Shown here piece after piece: positions 13,773 to 25,657 of a DNA stretch of 64,000 nt (the stretch's first letter is position 1; the number at the start of each line of letters is the position of its first letter). Made by a program: the position numbers and the translations under genes. The DNA is from Eledone cirrhosa (taxonomy: Eukaryota). The notes beneath the pieces are model-generated. The model searched no databases. It was given only the letters and a program-made list of their open reading frames with translations, and was not told where the DNA came from. The stretch is taken from assembly GCA_964016885.1 (NCBI GenBank), contig OZ024748.1, forward strand, positions 53,692,001 to 53,756,000. Direction: 5' to 3'.

Positions 13773-14450
13773 ACAGGCTGGATGGCGCGCGGTGTCTGGT
13801 GGTTGCAGAGCGGCGTCCCGCCAAGAAAACGACCCTCTGCTTATGTCAGGTCGCCAGTTGGTACTACTGCTAACATGTATCCCAGTACAACCTTTCTCAT
13901 GGTCGGGTCGTTAGCGACTAAACTGGCAACCCTACCAAGATTTCTTGGTGAGGAGGGTGACTTTGGACATCCTGCAGGACTAAAAGCAAAACATGTCAAA
14001 GGGCAAAGGAGCTCTTAAGAGTCAATGACCATCCAAAATCACCGGCAGAGATGACCCCTTAGCCTTTGTCAAGGCAGAATTCTAGGAGAAGGAAAACTCT
14101 GATATAACACCTGCAACCCTGATGGTATCCAATGATGTTGACTTGTTCTTCTTTTTGGTAAATATCATCTTGGTTAAGAGAGTGGGACTGGCTTTGTGCA
14201 GTGCCTTTTCTCACTATAAAAGCTTCACGGCACAGGCATTGCTTTGTATCTGGAGATCTCTCTGCACTTGTCGTCACATAGTACTATGGGCCCAGCACTG
14301 TGTCAATAATTGTCACAAGTGTAATGTTTGTACCAGAGATTTCAAGTCGCCGGCTGGACTAAAAAGTCACACTCGTTCAGCGCATCGGTAAGGGTTCTCC
14401 TACATGGATATAAAGTAGTGGCCGTACTCGAAAACAAGTTGGCAGCCACC
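13773..14450 (+). mobile_element. Non-autonomous, probably RTE-derived element ending in a C2H2-like motif, with an 11-bp TSD
   Basis: Flanked by atatacatttg (13762-13772 and 14451-14461); 3' end reads CNVCTRDFKSPAGLKSHTRSAH; second copy at 21354-21850. Confidence 0.65.
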
Positions 14451-14552
14451 ATATACATTTGTATATGTGGGTTTGTATGTGTGTATATGTGTGTGTATAT
14501 ACTTTTGTATATGTGGGTTTGTATGTGAATATATGTGTGTGTATATACACGT

Positions 14553-14870
14553 GTTTCTTGCTCCATGAGATGGACTCCATAACAACACATCACCTGCTAT
14601 TTCTTCCTTGCTGCGCCAACAGTGGCCAGCAAATCTGAGTCTCTGTCCACGTATTGACCTGCTGATAGGTGGTTTATTGCCATAGAGATCCTTATTTGTT
14701 GGGTGTTCATGGAGCAAGAAACGCTGGTTGTCCCAAGAAGACATACGTCAAGCAACTTGAGGACGATACTGGATGCACTGCGGAAGAACTGGCAAACGCT
14801 ATGAGAGACAGAGATGGATGGAGGAAGCATGTCGTAGAAAGCCGAGCAATCTCGACCTGATGATGATGAT
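14553..14870. mobile_element. RTE-type LINE 3' fragment with 5' inversion
   Basis: Minus part HPTNKDLYG...QRLRFAGHCWRSKEEIAGDVLLWSPSHGAR; plus part HGARNAGCPKKTYVKQLEDDTG...DRDGWR then (tga)n; TSD atatacacgtgt. Confidence 0.85.
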
Positions 14871-15714
14871 ATACACGTGTATATACATTTGTATATGTGA
14901 GTTTGTTTGTGAATATATTTTTGAACATGAATATGTGTGTATGTATATGTTTATATATATTTTTTAACATGAATATATGTGTGTATGTATATGTTTATAT
15001 ATATTTTTTAACATGAATATATGTGTGTATGTATATGTCTGTATATATCTTTGAACATCAATATATGTGTGCGTATATGTGTATATATATTTTTGAATAT
15101 GAATATATGTGTGTGTATATGTGTGTGTATATGTAAGTGTATATATTTTTGAACATGAATATATTTGCATGTGTATAAATGTGTGTATGTATGTATGTGT
15201 GTGCTTGCATGTGTCTGTTTGTATGTGTGTGTCTATGTGTATGTATATTTGATGTTTGAATAAGGTGTGTGTGTATATATATATATTTTGTATATGAATA
15301 TTTGTGTGTGCTTGCATGTGTCTCTGCATGTGTCAACTGTATTTGATATTTGAATGAGACAATACATGTGTCAATATGCATGTGTGTGTGTATATGTGTG
15401 TGTTTAACTGTATTTTCATTTGATATTTGAAGAAGACAATATGTGTGTGTGTGTATACATATGTGTGTATATGCATGTATGTATACATATGTGTATATGT
15501 GTGGGCATATATTGGATATCACATAAACAAATGCTGCTTTTATCATCTAAACAATTATGTTTATAACTGCATGTCTGTCTGTCCCTTTGTCTCTGTTTCT
15601 TTCACTCTCTTTATCTCTCCACCCTCCCTCTCTTTCCTACTCTCCCTCTCTCTCCCCTACTCTCCCTCTCTCTCAATGATTAACGCTTCAATTTCATAAA
15701 CCCCCAAACCTATG

Positions 15715-16640
15715 CTGCTCTTCTGTGTCACAGTATTGCCCTTCTGCGTCACAGCATTGTTCCTCTGTGCCACAACGTTGCCTTTCTGTGTCACAGCATT
15801 GCCCTTCTGTGTCACAGTATTGCCATTCTGTGTCACAGTATTGCCATTCTGTGTCACAGCATTGTTCCTCTGTGCCACAATGTTGCCTTTCTGTGTCACA
15901 GCATTGCCCTTCTGTGTCACAGCATTGTTCCTCTGTGCCACAATGTTGCCTTTCTGTGTCACAGCATTGCCCTTCTGTGTCACAGTATTGCCATTCTGTG
16001 TCTCAGCATTGCCCTTCTGTGTCACAACATTGCCTTTCTGTGTCTCAGCATTGCCCTTCTGTGTCACAGTATTGCCATTCTGTGTCACAACATTGCCCTT
16101 CTGTGTCACAACATTGCCCTTCTGTGTCACAACATTGCCCTTCTGTGTCTCAGCATTGTTCCTCTGTGCCACAACGTTGCCTTTCTGTGTCACAGCATTG
16201 CCCTTTTGTGTCACAGTATTGCCATTCTGTGTCTCAGCATTGCCCTTCTGTGTCACAACATTGCCTTTCTGTGTCTCAGCATTGCCCTTCTGTGTCACAA
16301 CATTGCCTTTCTGTGTCTCAGCATTGCCCTTCTGTGTCACAACATTGCCCTTCTGTGTCTCAGCATTGCCCTTCTGTGTCACAGTATTGCCCTTCTGTGT
16401 CACAACATTGCCCTTCTGTGTCTCAGCATTGCCCTTCTGTGTCACAACATTGCCTTTCTGTGTCTCAGCATTGCCCTTCTGTGTCACAACATTGCCCTTC
16501 TGTGTCTCAGCATTGCCCTTCTGTGTCACAGTATTACCCTTCCGTGTCACAGACATGCCCTTCTGTGTCACAGCATTGCCCTTCTGTGTCACAACATTGC
16601 CCTTCTGTGTCACACCATTGCCCTTCTGTGTCACAAACAA
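15715..16640. repeat. 21-bp minisatellite, about 44 copies
   Basis: Unit ttctgtgtcacagcattgccc. Confidence 0.95.
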
Positions 16641-17407
16641 GAGATTTCTTCTGTTTTAAGATCTTTTGTTATAGTAAATTTCTTACCCATGACATCAAGA
16701 AAGATGTTTGTCCGACCATGTTCTAGTATGAAAACCTACACATTGACAACCCCTTGTTATTCCTGCTAGCATGGGTTAAGCAAGTAGTTCCATTATAAGA
16801 CAAGTCAGATCAGATGACTATTTCTTGCTCATTCAGAACTTTTCTGCCTAGATATTAATAATGGTATATATTAATTTTATGCTGGGGTTCCCTTTGACAT
16901 AAAAGCTATTTCAAGAGTTCTGCGGGTGTAAAAAGGTTGAGAAACATTGCTCTAATCTAATGAAACACTTAAACTTTTTAAAACACCCAAATTGAAGTAC
17001 TTTTTTACATAGTAAAAGATAGTACTGCTCCTATACTCAAATTACATCTGAGACATGTGGCTGGTTGTTGAAAAAAAAATTGAAATAAATGGGATAACAG
17101 GCCTTGAATACTGGGATCACCTCAGAATGCTCAGACACTATTGTGTCGAACATGGCCATGAGTGACACTACATCATTTCCACGCTGTGGAAAATATTCTA
17201 TCAACATTGCTCAAATGATGCATCAAGTTTAGAAAGTCACCCAAGTTTGGGTCCTCATATCATACAACTCCTACAAAAGTTAAGCTCACGTCCCATAATC
17301 AGATTGTAGAACAGTTTCACCTCAGTTCATTTCTTCTTGAAACAAATCAAGAAGAAAAAAGCCCATAACTTTCAAATTTCTCTGCACAAATATATATATA
17401 TATATAT

Positions 17408-17595
17408 AATATAGATGAGATTCTACAGGACTAGAACTGTTTCATTCATTAGAAATCATCAGGAATCTCTGATGATTTCTAATGAATGAAACAGTTCTAG
17501 TCCTGTAGAATCTCATCTATATTAAAACTTTTATACTCTGCTATGTATTGAGTACCTTACTTACTGTGGTTACCTCCGATTCAACCCGGAATAAC

Positions 17596-17596
<1 letters not shown>
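17408..17596. mobile_element. Fold-back element in (TA)n (palindrome 17408-17523 plus tail), Penelope-like pseudo-LTR type
   Basis: Perfect arms of about 55 bp containing a hammerhead core; tail tactctgctatgtattgagtac; both flanks are (TA)n. Confidence 0.7.
17417..17469 (-). ncRNA. Type I hammerhead ribozyme motif
   Basis: Minus strand: gagattc CTGATGA t-ttc-taat-gaa-t GAAACAG ttctagtc CTGTA gaatctc; stem I 7 bp, stem III 4 bp, weak stem II. Confidence 0.75.
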
Positions 17597-17627
<31 letters not shown>

Positions 17628-17739
17628 TTTTAGTTCCTTAGAGAATTAACACCACACTCAGGATCTGAACATATCAACAATCTAACAAGGTAAAAATCTA
17701 CTCCAACTATGTTTTCCTGTTTTTTCTGTTCAACTTCTA

Positions 17740-17802
17740 ACTGCTTGATGAGGTCATAGCTGTTGAATTATGGCTATCACCAAAATATATATATATAGCA
17801 GT
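17740..17802 (+). ncRNA. Decayed hammerhead motif (core mutated)
   Basis: actgc tTGATGA ggtcatagct...ggctatcacc aAAAT atatatat ATA gcagt; same family as 12484 and 18755. Confidence 0.65.
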
Positions 17803-17945
17803 GAATATGAATAAACAAAGTTAATTTTAACCTATTGACTTACACTTCTTGTTTTTACCTTACTCCAGAATAAACAGACCCACCTACACACTTCATTGAG
17901 TGTTCTAGCCTGCCTAATGAAGTGTCGGTAAACAATACTCAATAT

Positions 17946-18009
<64 letters not shown>

Positions 18010-18441
18010 TATATATAAATAAGACTGTTATTGCTCCAAACAGTCCATAAACACTCAACAAATATCTTAAAATGAATGCGAACCTGCAGTCATGCCTTCC
18101 AAACCAAACCATGCACACCCTCCAGATTTAGCATACATAACTGGACCACGACAGCTACCTAATGGGGGAGACAGTCATTATCAAGCTGCAGCTGTCATAT
18201 TATGTAGTTTCTATATAATAAAGCCCCCAAAAGCTATTATCATCTATATATTTACAGGACTTTCATGAACATGGAAGCATTTGCCTGTGACACATCAACT
18301 CTTTCACATAATTATGTTACCATCTGATGATGTCCTACTGGTGCCGGTTGCTGTTGTAATGATTGATCTCAGAACAGCTCCACACTGGTGTCACTGAAAT
18401 ACGTATTATCCAATAAATATAATTATGTAACATCTGTCTAG

Positions 18442-18497
<56 letters not shown>

Positions 18498-18607
18498 TAT
18501 ATATATATATATATATTATTAGGGTAAACATTGATGCAATTCAATTCAAGCACTCAACGTACTTTTTCCACATACTTCGCTTTTCCTTATTCTATATATA
18601 TATAGAG

Positions 18608-18925
18608 ATTTTGAGTTTATGTTGGTTGTATACCAACACCTCAGTATGCAGGCTGGAGCACTCGACGAAGTGCGCAGGTTGGTTTGGTTACTCCGGAGTA
18701 GTGTAAAATAAAGTTAAATAAAAGTCAAATGATTAAAATTTAGCTTCGTTTATTACTGCTATATATATTTCAGTGACAGCCATCTTTGGCTGTGACCTCT
18801 TCAGGCAGTTTGAATTAGTATGGTATAGACAAGTACATATGTTGTTTAGGTGTATGATATTGTCAATACTCTGATATGCCCAGTTCCTTGTTGGGTTGTT
18901 AATTCACTAGGGAACTGGAGTCTTA
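18608..18925 (-). mobile_element. Hammerhead-bearing element, paralogous to 12430-12680 and 17640-17945
   Basis: High identity to 12450-12650; the downstream tail aligns with 17860-17943. Confidence 0.7.
18755..18809 (-). ncRNA. Type I hammerhead ribozyme motif (intact core)
   Basis: Minus strand: actgc CTGAAGA ggtcacagcca-aaga-tggctgtcact GAAAT atat ATA gcagt. Confidence 0.85.
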
Positions 18926-19269
18926 TTGATATCATGCTTAAGATGAAGTAGAGGAGGATTCGACGCTTTGGACATAAGTCTTTCTTCAGGAAATGGAGAG
19001 TTCAGAGAGAGAACAGTTTGGAACATTGGAGTTTGGAAAAATATTTCTATGAAGGTTGGGGATGGTAGGTGTGAGGTTGAGGTGTATGATGCCTGTGGGT
19101 GAAGAGAAATGCTGTATGTTAGTGATGTAGTGGTAGTGAATATAAAGGATATGTATGTATAGGACAGAAATGATCCAAGCATCTTCTGATGGATGTATGA
19201 TGAAGCACCGAGGAGCTGAGAGACGAAAGTAGGCATAAAATAAATCAGATATTCCATGCAGGAGAGAAG

Positions 19270-19490
19270 ATAGCACTGGTATGGATATAGTATACATATG
19301 GATGATGACTGTTGGGGGCCAGGAGGAAATCCCAAGGATCCCAATGGAAGGAAACCTTCGAAGAGGAAGTTGGGAGAAAACCTCAGCTGAAATGACAAGA
19401 GCTGATCTCAGAACTCTGGATGTCACATTGATGGTGAAGGGGAGCTATGGTGGAAAACACCCATCAACCCCATGCAGGCATGGAAAGTAT
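19270..19490 (+). mobile_element. Highly decayed RTE 3' fragment
   Basis: PMEGNLRRGSWEKTSAEMTRADLRTL; ends acccatgcaggcatggaaa. Confidence 0.55.
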
Positions 19491-20732
19491 TAGTTTGGTA
19501 AAGATATCCCAGCCCATGAGACGAGTTTAACATATCATTAAATTCAATAATACAGCCAAGATGTAAGTTGAGTTCAATGGAATGCATGTCCTTGTGTTTT
19601 TCCTTGTTATGTCTTTATTGTAATGTTCAATTTAAATATATATATATATGTTTGTGTGTGTGTATGTCTACACATACACTCACACACAAGCAATGAATCA
19701 TTTTACATCCTCAAACATGGTGCTCCCAGCCAACAACCACAGACACACCCTCAAATATCCATTACTCTCTTTCCCTCCAATACACCACCAGCTTCCTTCT
19801 TCTTTCCTACCCCACCTATCCTGCCACCCCCACCCCACCAGAGCCATCTTTGCCAACCCATCAAATAAGTTGGAAAGTAAAAGGACATAATATATATATA
19901 AATAAAATATATATATATAAATAAAAAAATATATATATAAATAAAAAATATATATATATATAAATAAAATATACATATAAATAAATAAAATATATATATA
20001 AATAAAATATATATATATATATAAAATATACATATATATATATAAAATATACATATATATATATATGTAAAATATATATAATATATATATATATAAAATA
20101 ATAGATAATATTAAATTAATGAAAAACTTGATGGTATCAATTACATCTTGATATTATTAATTTTGTGATACTTTTAAAATTATCAAAATGCTGTATTATC
20201 AGTGTAAGTATGGTTTTAAATTATATAATGATACTTCAATCAATTATATGCCAGATCAATCAAACATTGATATTATATTTCTAGATAAAGCTACATATTC
20301 AATTATACAATTCAATAAACAATGGCATTATTTATCAAACAATGATATTATAGTTTATACAATTATTGTAGATCCTTTTATGAAAAATAATCATAGTTAC
20401 AATAAACATCTAAATAAATGAAAATGAAAATATTATATGGTATAATATGATATGGTACAATATAATATAATATAATATAATATAATACAATATAATATAA
20501 TATAATATAATATAATATAATGACGATAAGAATAGATGGAGAAGAGGTTTCATATTTAATGACTGTATGTATTGCCAAATATAAAAATGATATTAGTAAA
20601 TAAAACCATTGTATTGATTTATTTCAACTTGTCAATACACATACACACACACACACATACATACACATATACATACATATATACATACATATATATATAT
20701 ACATATACATATATATATATATATATATATAT

Positions 20733-21030
20733 CGGACCAGTCTGTGTGTCGTGTTCTTGAGCAAGACACTTTATTTCATGTTGTTCCAGTTCACTCAGCT
20801 GTAGAAATGAGTTGTGACGTCAATGTTGCCAAGCTGTATTGTCCATTGCCTTTCCCGTGGACATCGGTGGTGTGGAGAGGGGAGACTTGTGTGCATGGGT
20901 CACTGCTGGTCACCCACAAACAAGCTTGCCCAAATTTGTGCCTCAGAGGGGAACTTCCTTGGTGCAAATCTGTTCTTTGTCTAACCCATGATAGCATGGA
21001 ATAATGGACGTAAAATGGTGATGATGGTGT
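20733..21030 (+). mobile_element. CORE-like SINE
   Basis: gtgttcttgagcaagacactttatttcatgttgttccagttcactcagctgtagaaatgag resembles the CORE domain; related copy at 33150-33475 (-). Confidence 0.75.
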
Positions 21031-21054
21031 TATGTATATGTATGTATATATATC

Positions 21055-21314
21055 ATTCATCATCATCATCATTTTACGTCCGCTTTTCCCTGCTTGCAAG
21101 GGTGGGATGGGTCTTATTCAGCACAGCATCTCTCCACTCGTCACGGTCCCTCGTCATCTCCACCGTGAGCTTCAATGATCTGAGGTCTGTTCTCACCACC
21201 TCCGCCCATGTTTTACGTGGTCTACCTCTACCACGTCTTCCTTCAACTGGCATTTCCTGGCACTTCTTCACCCATTGGTCATCCTCCATGCGCATCACAT
21301 GTCCATACCACCTC
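21055..21314 (-). mobile_element. RTE LINE 3' fragment, same family as 1-602
   Basis: RRWYGHVMRMEDDQWVKKCQEMPVEGRRGRGRPRKTW...REKRT plus tail. Confidence 0.9.
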
Positions 21315-21353
21315 CTATATATATATGTATGTTTGTATGTATGTATGTATGTA

Positions 21354-21850
21354 AGGGTGACTTTGGACATCCTGCAGGACTAAAAACAAAACCTGTCAAA
21401 GGGCAAAGGAGCTCTTAAGAGTCAATGGCCATCCAAAATCACCGGGAGAGATGACCCCTTAGCCTTTGTCAAGGCAGAATTCTAAGAGAAGGAAAACTCT
21501 GATATAACACCTGCAACCCTGATGGTATCCAATGATGTTGACTTATTCTTCTTTTTGGTAAATATCATCTTGGTTAAGAGAGTGGGACTGGCTTTGTGCA
21601 GTGCCTTTGCTCACTATAAAAGCTTCACGGCACAGGCATTGCTTTATATCTGGAGATCTCTCTGTACTTGTCGTTACATGGTACCATGGGCCCAGCACTG
21701 TGTCAATAATTGTCACAAGTGTAGTGTTTGTACCAGAGTTTTCAAGTCGCTGGCTGGACTAAAAAGTCACACTCGTTCAGCACATCGGTAGGGGTTCTCT
21801 TACATGGATATAAAGTAGTGGCCGTACTCGAAAACTAGTTGGCAGCCACC
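21354..21850 (+). mobile_element. 5'-truncated copy of the 13773-14450 element
   Basis: Near-identical from agggtgactttggacatcc to ttggcagccacc. Confidence 0.85.
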
Positions 21851-22044
21851 ATATACATTTGTATATGTGGGTTTGTATGTATGTAGAGAGGAACATTTCC
21901 ATATATAATGGTTTCTTTATTTCCATATATTGATTAAATGAAGGTATCTATACTCTACCAATGTATTAAGTACCAATACAGTGCCCCCCCCCCCCCCACA
22001 ATACAACTCAAGAAACTATATACTATATATATGTTCATACAAAT

Positions 22045-22078
<34 letters not shown>

Positions 22079-22828
22079 TTATGCATATATATGTGTGTGT
22101 GTATATATATATATATATGCAAGTATGTATATATATGTATATATATATATATGCATGTATGTATATGCATGTATGTGTATATATATATGAACGTATATAT
22201 GTATATATATATGCATGTATGTATATATGTATATATATATATGCATGTATGTATATGCATGTATGTGTATATATATTATATATATAAACGTATATATGTA
22301 TATATATATATATGCATGTATGTATATGCATGTATGTGTATATATATAAACGTATATATGTATATATATATATATATATGCATGTATGTATATGCACGTA
22401 TATATGTATATATATATATGTATATATATGTATATATGTATATATGTATATATAGTATTGCACGTTATGTAGAAAGCAGCAGAGCACCAGGTAGTGTGGT
22501 GAGAAGATGTAATTCAACGGAGTAATTGCTGTATTGCAGTAAATTGTTGACTTCGCTGAACTTCTCCTTGTTTCACTCAGTTGAGAGATCTTGAAGCAAT
22601 CTTCACTCTTCACAGATATCTGATCAATTAACCACCTCGTTTAATCCCAACCACCATGTCTTTTCATCCTTATCAACCTATGGGTAATGGTGTGGATGTC
22701 ATTAATTGCACCCCCCCCCCCTACACCCCACACGTGCACACACACACACACACACACACAGAGAGATCTTTTTGAATGTACACCTTCCACTTCTTTTTTT
22801 TGTTCTTATTATTATTATTCTTATCATT

Positions 22829-23180
22829 ATTGGCAGTATCGGTAGAGGGTCGGACGACGCCATGCTTTGTAGCATAAAGTTACGGCCCTGTATGGTCTGA
22901 GTTCAAATCCCGCCGAGGTTAACTTTGCCTTTCATCCTTACAGTGTCGATAAAATAAAGTACCAGTAATACACTGGGATAATTGCTGGCATTGTGCCAAA
23001 AAAGTAGAAATCGGTAGAGGGTCGGATGCCATGCTTTCCAGCATAGTTATGTCCCTTTACGATCTGAGTTCAAATCCCGCCGAGGTTGACTTTGCCTTTC
23101 ATCCTTACGGGGTCGATAAAATAAAGTACCAGTAATGCACTGGGATAATTGCTGGTATCGTGCCAAAAAAGTAGAAACTA
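22829..23180 (+). mobile_element. Tandem dimer of a tRNA-derived SINE (type A)
   Basis: Two units, each with B-box gagttcaaatccc followed by gccgaggttaactttgcctttcatccttacggggtcgataaaataaagtaccag. Confidence 0.85.
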
Positions 23181-23267
23181 TTATTATTATTATTGTTTTT
23201 GTTGTTGTTGTGTATGAGTCAATTGCACTGAGAATTGAACTCACAACCTTTCAATTGCAAGGCCAAT

Positions 23268-23307
<40 letters not shown>

Positions 23308-23459
23308 TCTCTCTCTCTATATATATATATATACTCACACATACATACACACCCATACTATACACACATAAATCCACATACAAACATGTAAGTATTTATT
23401 CAAATATGTGATTGTATATATATACATTTACATCACCACATGCAGACAGATACATACAG

Positions 23460-23497
<38 letters not shown>

Positions 23498-23764
23498 ACT
23501 TGTCAACGAGATTTGTCTTACGTAGGATTGGTCAGCTTCAGGCTGGAACTGATAAGACTTGTTCAAGGTGACATGGAGTTGGATCAAACCTGAAACTGTG
23601 CGCTTGTGAAGCAAACTTTGAAACTGCACGCGTATCTCTAACCTGCTATATGTGTGTGTATGTGTGTGTATGTGGGTACATGCATACTTGAATAAATACA
23701 TGTTTGTGTGTGGATATGTATATATGTATATATCATACATACACATATATATATGTGTGCGCGA

Positions 23765-23815
<51 letters not shown>

Positions 23816-23856
23816 GACACATATTTGTTTGTGTATGAATATATATATATATATAT

Positions 23857-24050
23857 ATAGGAAGAAGTATGACCCCGACGGCAGAGCTCAAGCCATTTCG
23901 ACGGCTAATTCTGGACAGAATTAGCCGTCGAAACGGCTTGAGCTCTGCCGTCGGGGTCATACTTGTTCCTATTACCCACTCTACTACCCTGAGTATTGAG
24001 TACTTTGGTGCGTTATTGTCCATTTGGTTCCTTACCACATTTCCTTCGTT
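23857..24050 (+). mobile_element. Palindromic element in (TA)n: 116-bp hairpin (hammerhead 3' half plus its inverse) and an 80-bp tail
   Basis: Arms ataggaagaagtatgaccccgacggc... and ...gccgtcggggtcatacttgttcctat; copies at 42372 and 53681. Confidence 0.85.
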
Positions 24051-24431
24051 ATATATATATATATTACTTCAAAATATTAATAAACATTGTTCCTTCGATC
24101 AAATCTCCTTCTTTTTTCTCTTTTTTCTCTTTTTCTCTCTTTCCTCACGATTTGCTATCTCGATCTATCACTTACACTACCAACAATAATGAGGTATGAA
24201 TATATTATTATTTTAAACATTTTTAACAGTTATAGAAGTTTATGTATTATATATTATTAATTATTAAATATTTATATATCTTTTTACACATTCTCATACG
24301 TACCCTCTGTATTATATGTAATTTTTCATGTTTCAACTTAGGGTATATAAATATCGAGTTTTGTCATAACTAATCACTGTCGTGACTAAATTATAACCAT
24401 CAACATAGTCAAGGTATGTCAAGCATCAACT

Positions 24432-24497
24432 TATTTTATCTGATGAGGACATACTGTTGAAATAGCTCAGTATCTCTGAAATATGTATAATAAAATA
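24432..24497 (+). ncRNA. Type I hammerhead ribozyme motif (intact core)
   Basis: tattttat CTGATGA ggacatactg-ttgaaatagct-cagtatctct GAAAT atgt ATA ataaaata; stem I is 8 perfect pairs. Confidence 0.85.
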
Positions 24498-25120
24498 TAT
24501 TTCATCACATGAATGTCTATATTTATTAATATTTTGAAGTAATATTAATAACTCCAGAAAACTCATTGTAGAGTGCTTATAATCTATTGTGAAACTTTAT
24601 TCATTGATGAATTCATTGAACCTTGTTAAACTTTTAATCATCTTATATATATATATATATAAATATATATACACAAAGCTTATATTTTTAAGCAGACTTG
24701 ATTTAGGTGTCACAGAAACTCTACATCGGATTTTAACAGCAATTCCGGGAGTCCAGGTCTGGTTATCACTTATTTTTTATCATTTATTTTGTTTTGACCT
24801 GTTTAGCTTGATTTGGTTTTTGGCTTGGGTGGTTAATGCCTTCTTGACCACCTTTTCAGTTTTGTATGGCTTCTTAAAACATTGTTTAGCTCTGGTTTTT
24901 AACTATTGAGCACTTTGCCAGTATCATTTCTGTTTTTGCGTTTCGCTTCGCTTTTCCTGCCCGCCGAAAATGCAATTCTCCCTGAATCTTTATTTGTATA
25001 TATATATATATATATATATATTTGTTCAATGAAAGAAACATTAGTTTATTTAGAATCAACTGACTTATATATAACAGATTACAAGCACTCAATGGTATTA
25101 TATATATGCATATATATATA

Positions 25121-25216
<96 letters not shown>

Positions 25217-25218
<2 letters not shown>

Positions 25219-25535
25219 ATTGGGCTTGCAGTCGAAAGGTTGTGAGTTCAATTCTCAGACCGGGTGATGTGTTGTTTCCTTGAGCAAGACATTTTATTTC
25301 ACATTGTTCCAGTTTACTCAGCTGTAGAAATGAGATGATGGGGACTGGGGTCCCTATCATTCCACTGAAAAGTGGTCGTGGAGGTGCCATGGCAAAAAAC
25401 ACCCAGCACTCACTGTAAATGAGGTTGGTGTTAGGAAGGGCATCCAGCTGTAGAAATCAAGCCAGAATCAGTTCCCGTCCCACCCTTGCAAGCAGGGAAA
25501 AAGTGGACGTAAAATGATGATGATGATGATGATGA
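25217..25535 (+). mobile_element. tRNA-CORE-like SINE with RTE tail (type B)
   Basis: B-box gagttcaattctc, CORE-like block, tail cccttgcaagcagggaaaaagtggacgtaaaatgatgatg. Confidence 0.85.
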
Positions 25536-25557
25536 TATATATATATATATATATACA

Positions 25558-25657
25558 CATGGTGTCCCCAAAAATGTGTACACACTTCAACAGCATTCTA
25601 ATAAATATTGCCTGTACAGGTAATCAAAGTTTGTATACATCTTTTGGGGACACCCTA
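25558..25657. mobile_element. Tiny Tc1/mariner-type MITE
   Basis: TIRs ggtgtccccaaaaatgtgtaca and tgtatacatcttttggggacacc within a TA tract. Confidence 0.7.

Noticed and set aside
14310-14391. Host C2H2 zinc-finger gene
   Set aside because: A single finger at the 3' end of a TSD-flanked repeat present twice; better explained as retroelement-derived
15657-16769. Heptad-repeat ORFs (VTQKGNA, LPFCVT, SVSQHCP)
   Set aside because: A 21-bp minisatellite open in several frames on both strands, with no third-position bias or splice context
18316-18412. CTGATGA...GAAATACGTATT as an intact hammerhead
   Set aside because: Core boxes and an ACGT loop are present, but stem I has only 2 bp and the base of stem II is unpaired; at best a decayed relative
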